A stretch of DNA of 63,011 nt, counting the filler, from Saprolegnia diclina VS20 (lineage: Eukaryota): NCBI RefSeq assembly GCF_000281045.1. It is 5 parts of 2 records of this genome, joined end to end, with 100 filler letters (N's around TTAATTAATTAA, not from the genome) between each part and the next. Parts side by side here need not be neighbours in the genome. Positions count along the whole stretch, not along the records: positions 59,027 to 61,682 come from NW_008246106.1; positions 61,783 to 63,011 come from NW_008246108.1; 3 more parts are not named here. One strand, given 5' to 3'. Every line of letters starts with the position of its first letter. The first letter of the stretch is position 1. Both the position numbers and the translations under genes were made by a program. The notes beneath the pieces are model-generated. The model was given only the letters and a program-made list of their open reading frames with translations, did not search any database and was not told the origin of the DNA. Of the stretch, positions 59,415-63,011 are shown piece after piece.

Positions 59415-61781
59415 GGACACTGAAGTAATCTCCCGAACGGCGGTGCTGTCATGCTACCCGGTAGCATTGCGGGCCATGTCGGAGTCGATTTGAAACTCAA
59501 CTGAAATGGGTGTTTCTATTGGCTCGATTTAAATTCTTTTAAGCCAATCACAAGACTTGGTCTTATATAGTGTGCGTTTCACCACAATGATGAATCGCAA
59601 CCCACAGACTCGCCAACCCACGTAGCAGATATGTAGGCCTCTCTACACACTCACTGAACGGTGTACATGTCGTTTCAGACGCTGAACGTGGCGTAATCAC
59701 GCGTAAATCCATTTTTCATTTTTTGAGGTGGTGCCACAATGGCTCAATTACTCAACATGACATCGCGGGGTTCGAAAGCTCCAAGAACCCCAATTCTGGC
59801 TGCCACAGTTGGCTATGGATCTTGACCCGATGTGCGACCCGTTTGTTGGGCCGCGTCGTTGCTTGGGCGCTCACACCAAACTCAAACTGCCGAGCGTCGG
59901 TTTTCCCAAAATGCGGCACGATATTTCGATTGAAAATAGGTTGAAATCGCGGAAACTGAAAACGCCATCTCGTTTTGTTGATGTCGGAGAGCGTGTTGCA
60001 TGTGGCCGAGGAAGGCATCGCGCCTGCGAAATGCCCCGTAATGAGCAGCGTAATGAGCTGTCGCATCAGTATGTGCCGTGGCTGGTCGCAGCCATCGGCC
60101 CCATAGCTGAAGTAGGTCAGTGCGTACGCGTTGTGCAAATATGCAAGTATGAGTTATGCAGTCGGTCCAGACGCACCGACTGCGGCAACCTTGAGCGCAT
60201 GAGCGAGGAGTGCGGGCTCTCGTCCTGCGACGCATCCGGATAATGTCCGGATATCAACGGCAAACAGCATTTCCGAAATGGTCGACACATCAGGATGACG
60301 AGCTCGCTACGGTGCTGGCGTCGTAGAAGGAGCTGCACGAGCGCCGCGTCGTGACCAGAGCGCGCGCTCTCGCGGCATCGGTCTCGGTGGCTACAACCTC
60401 GAGCGCCTCCAGCATGACGTTCCGCTGCATGCACGCGGCCGCCACCCCAGAGGCTGCAGGCAGCGAAACGACCCGAGACCGCCCACCGCGAACGTCTCGT
60501 CCCGGCAAGGAGCCTTCACGCCCGTCGCTGCGATGTGCACGCTACGCTGAGGCCCGTCAAAAGCGCTCTGGCTCGCCACGTGCGGAAGAGCGTCGTGTCC
60601 AACTTACCCAAGGCGCTGCACTCGATCCTCGCGTGCACATCACCCTGTAAGCGCTCTCGACATGAAAGTCGAGAAGCAAAAGGTCGTCAACTGCCTCGTC
60701 TTGACGCTCCAGGAAGGTGCAGGCGCGGTGGCTACGCTGATGGTCGACAGAATCGATCCGCATCTCGTACGCTGCGACGACCCAGACAACACGACGTTCT
60801 TCAGCACCAAGCGCGCACTCTACGGCCTCTAGATGTATTGTGTCTGTAAATGTAAACTCCATGTAAATTATACACCTATGTCGACGCAAACCGAGTGCGG
60901 CTGTACAAGTGCTACGTGCTCCCCNNNNNNNNNNNNNNNNNNNNNNNNNNNNNNNNNNNNNNNNNNNNNNNNNNNNNNNNNNNNNNNNNNNNNNNNNNNN
61001 NNNNNNNNNNNNNNNNNNNNNNNNTATGTGCCAAGTCTTGGTCATTACGTTTTCGAACGCAAAGTGGTCGATCGCGCACCCCGGTTGGTGATGCTGCGCC
61101 AGATGTAGGGATAATGTGGCTATTAACACGCAAGCTGTCGTGGCAGCGTGTTCGCGATTGCGATTTAATGGCAACCTTCGGTCAAAATGCAGAATGGTTT
61201 TTCGTTGTAGTGGGTTTGAGTTTGCTTTGTATAGCACGGAGCACAAGCTGCACCATCGTGTGTAGCCTAGAGAGCTCGAAACGCTTGTCCAAAGTGATGT
61301 CGAATCGCATTATCTGCGCCATCATGGGGATCTTTTACTTGGCACATGCCATGCTCAAGGAAGGAGACCTTATAAGACACAACCACATTCTATGTAAAGA
61401 AGTCCTGCGACGCTCTCACACTAGAAGACTTTCGCAGGTTGATGTTGGTAGTGTTTCCAGTCCCAATGCGCACTCTCAATGTGAATATTGCCCGAGACTT
61501 GCGGTCAATGGCGCGAATTCTACCCAAAAGCCGACCCACCAAGTCGGAGAGCGTGTTCGGGTACAAGATACTAGTACCTAAAAGACGACGCAGCTGCCGG
61601 CGATGGGAGCTGTCGAGGCCCGCCAGACTCGTTGGCGTGAGGGCCCATGTGCCACAGTTGTACAAAAGTACGGGGAGCACGTNNNNNNNNNNNNNNNNNN
61701 NNNNNNNNNNNNNNNNNNNNNNNNNNTTAATTAATTAANNNNNNNNNNNNNNNNNNNNNNNNNNNNNNNNNNNNNNNNNNN

Positions 61782-62074
61782 NGCTCTCGATGGACCACGT
61801 CAACTACGAGATCCGCGTCGGCAAGATCAGCCACGATGGCTTCAGCGAGCGCTGCAAGCAGGCCGGCAACAACGGCGCGTGTGCTGAAAACACCTTGTAC
61901 AACTACGACGGCGACGCCCGCGGCATGACGACGCAGTGGATGAACTCGGCCGGTCACCGCGCCAACATTCTCGGCAGCGCGTACGACAACGTCGGCTTTG
62001 CAGTCAAGAAGGCGTCGGACGGCAAATACTACGCAACGTCCATCTTCACCAAGGACAGCCGTCCGTGTGCCTAA
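61782..62074 (+). CDS. CAP/SCP (PR-1-like) domain protein, 3' part
   Basis: ISHDGFSERC...AENTLY...QWMNSAGHRANILGSAYDNVGFA...YYATSIF carries the CAP signature W(M/L)NSxGHRxNIL. Confidence 0.9.
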
Positions 62075-63011
62075 GCACGCTCGATGATATATGTCTGGTA
62101 ATACATTGTATCGTTGCCACTGCAGCAGGTTTAAATAACGTTACGCTTGTGAAATACTGCTCGTGTTCGTCTTCGGGTGCATGCGCGGCGACCTGGCACC
62201 TAACCTCGCGTATCGCGACGAAGGGGCCGGGCCATTGGCACCCATGGCTCCTTACACGACGCGGGGGCTCGCCGGTGCCGAGTCTCTAGTTGTGTCTGGT
62301 TTGGTCAAGCCATGCCATGCCAATGCAAGCGTGTAGTGCTGGAGTGGTATGACTCCAGAAAGAGAGTAGCCAAGAGTCTTGGTAGTCTGTGTGCGTGGTG
62401 TGGATAGAATCAAGGGTATATACCCTTGATAGAATAGTGCTAGGAGCCATGTGCGGACATCATCACTGCCGTATATTGTGACCCTACTAGTACCCCGCAG
62501 TGACCCAACATGGATGGAGCCTCTTGAGGATGGTCTCATGCGGCACAGCCTATCGTTCTATCCACAACACCGGCCTTCATGGTCTTGCTTACTATTTCCA
62601 AATCTGCGAACACAATGCAATTGCCTGCTTCCTCGGAGATTGCACTTCCCTCGCTGCGTTGTTTGCGCTGCACAGCAGAAGCCACCACACTTTTCACTTG
62701 GTACACTACGTATGTTGGACGCGAGGTGTGCTGAGGGCAGCGCCCAGCACACGCTGCAAAAGTAGTATACTTTTGGCCTGGAGTGGATGCCGCTGTGCTG
62801 TGAGGGACGCTGTACCGTCATGTTGATCTGGCGACGCTGCAAGTGAACACACAGCTTTGCTTCCCGTCCAATTAAGAGGGTGTCCTTCGATGCCTCTAAT
62901 TGCCTCAAATGTTTCGGCCGATCCGCCATTGGACAGTTCCTTACTTCATAAAGATAGGGGGCTGCTGCAGGGCCAACCCCAAGCCCACAAAGAAGCCTAC
63001 GGTTGTCCCGA

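Noticed and set aside
61025..61682. Apparent inverted repeat of 54072-54313, suggesting a TIR or invertible segment
   Set aside because: The reverse complement of this gap-bounded contig overlaps the end of the previous contig (acgtgctcccc at 60914-60924), so it is most simply a mis-oriented contig.
62100..63011. Possible decayed retroelement sequence (also 50300-50870 and 38960-39340)
   Set aside because: The frames are broken and I could not identify a diagnostic motif with confidence.

Overview
Eukaryotic, GC-rich genomic DNA with short (about 40-70 nt) GT-AG introns. Gene content and style indicate an oomycete, most likely Saprolegniales; this is an inference. The scaffold has many N gaps and four artificial TTAATTAATTAA linkers, so adjacency across them is uncertain. 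Recognisable housekeeping genes: a Sel1-repeat protein, a CTL/Pns1 choline-transporter-like protein, a P4H-like 2OG-Fe(II) oxygenase, COMMD7, a small FYVE protein, RAB3GAP1, an AMT ammonium transporter, a TAF1-like gene, an M96-like protein and a CAP/SCP domain. Two accessory systems stand out. (1) Four tandem intron-containing genes (27.8-35.6 kb) fuse a Copia-Gag-like helical domain to a C-terminal Myb/SANT-like domain, with no pol or LTR visible. Three copies have the same TGTTA-N9-TAACA palindrome upstream. This is a candidate family of domesticated Gag-Myb DNA-binding proteins. (2) Ankyrin genes are built as one 99-nt phase-0 exon per repeat (1-1.7 kb and 16.1-27.7 kb). In the 1-1.7 kb gene the variation concentrates on the ligand-binding face. 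In the 16.1-27.7 kb cluster the repeat number differs greatly between paralogues and two TKL kinase segments are near-identical. This is a candidate diversifying receptor system. The right end (52-63 kb) is mostly decayed repeats and LINE fragments, with one small secreted Cys/Gly/aromatic-rich peptide gene.
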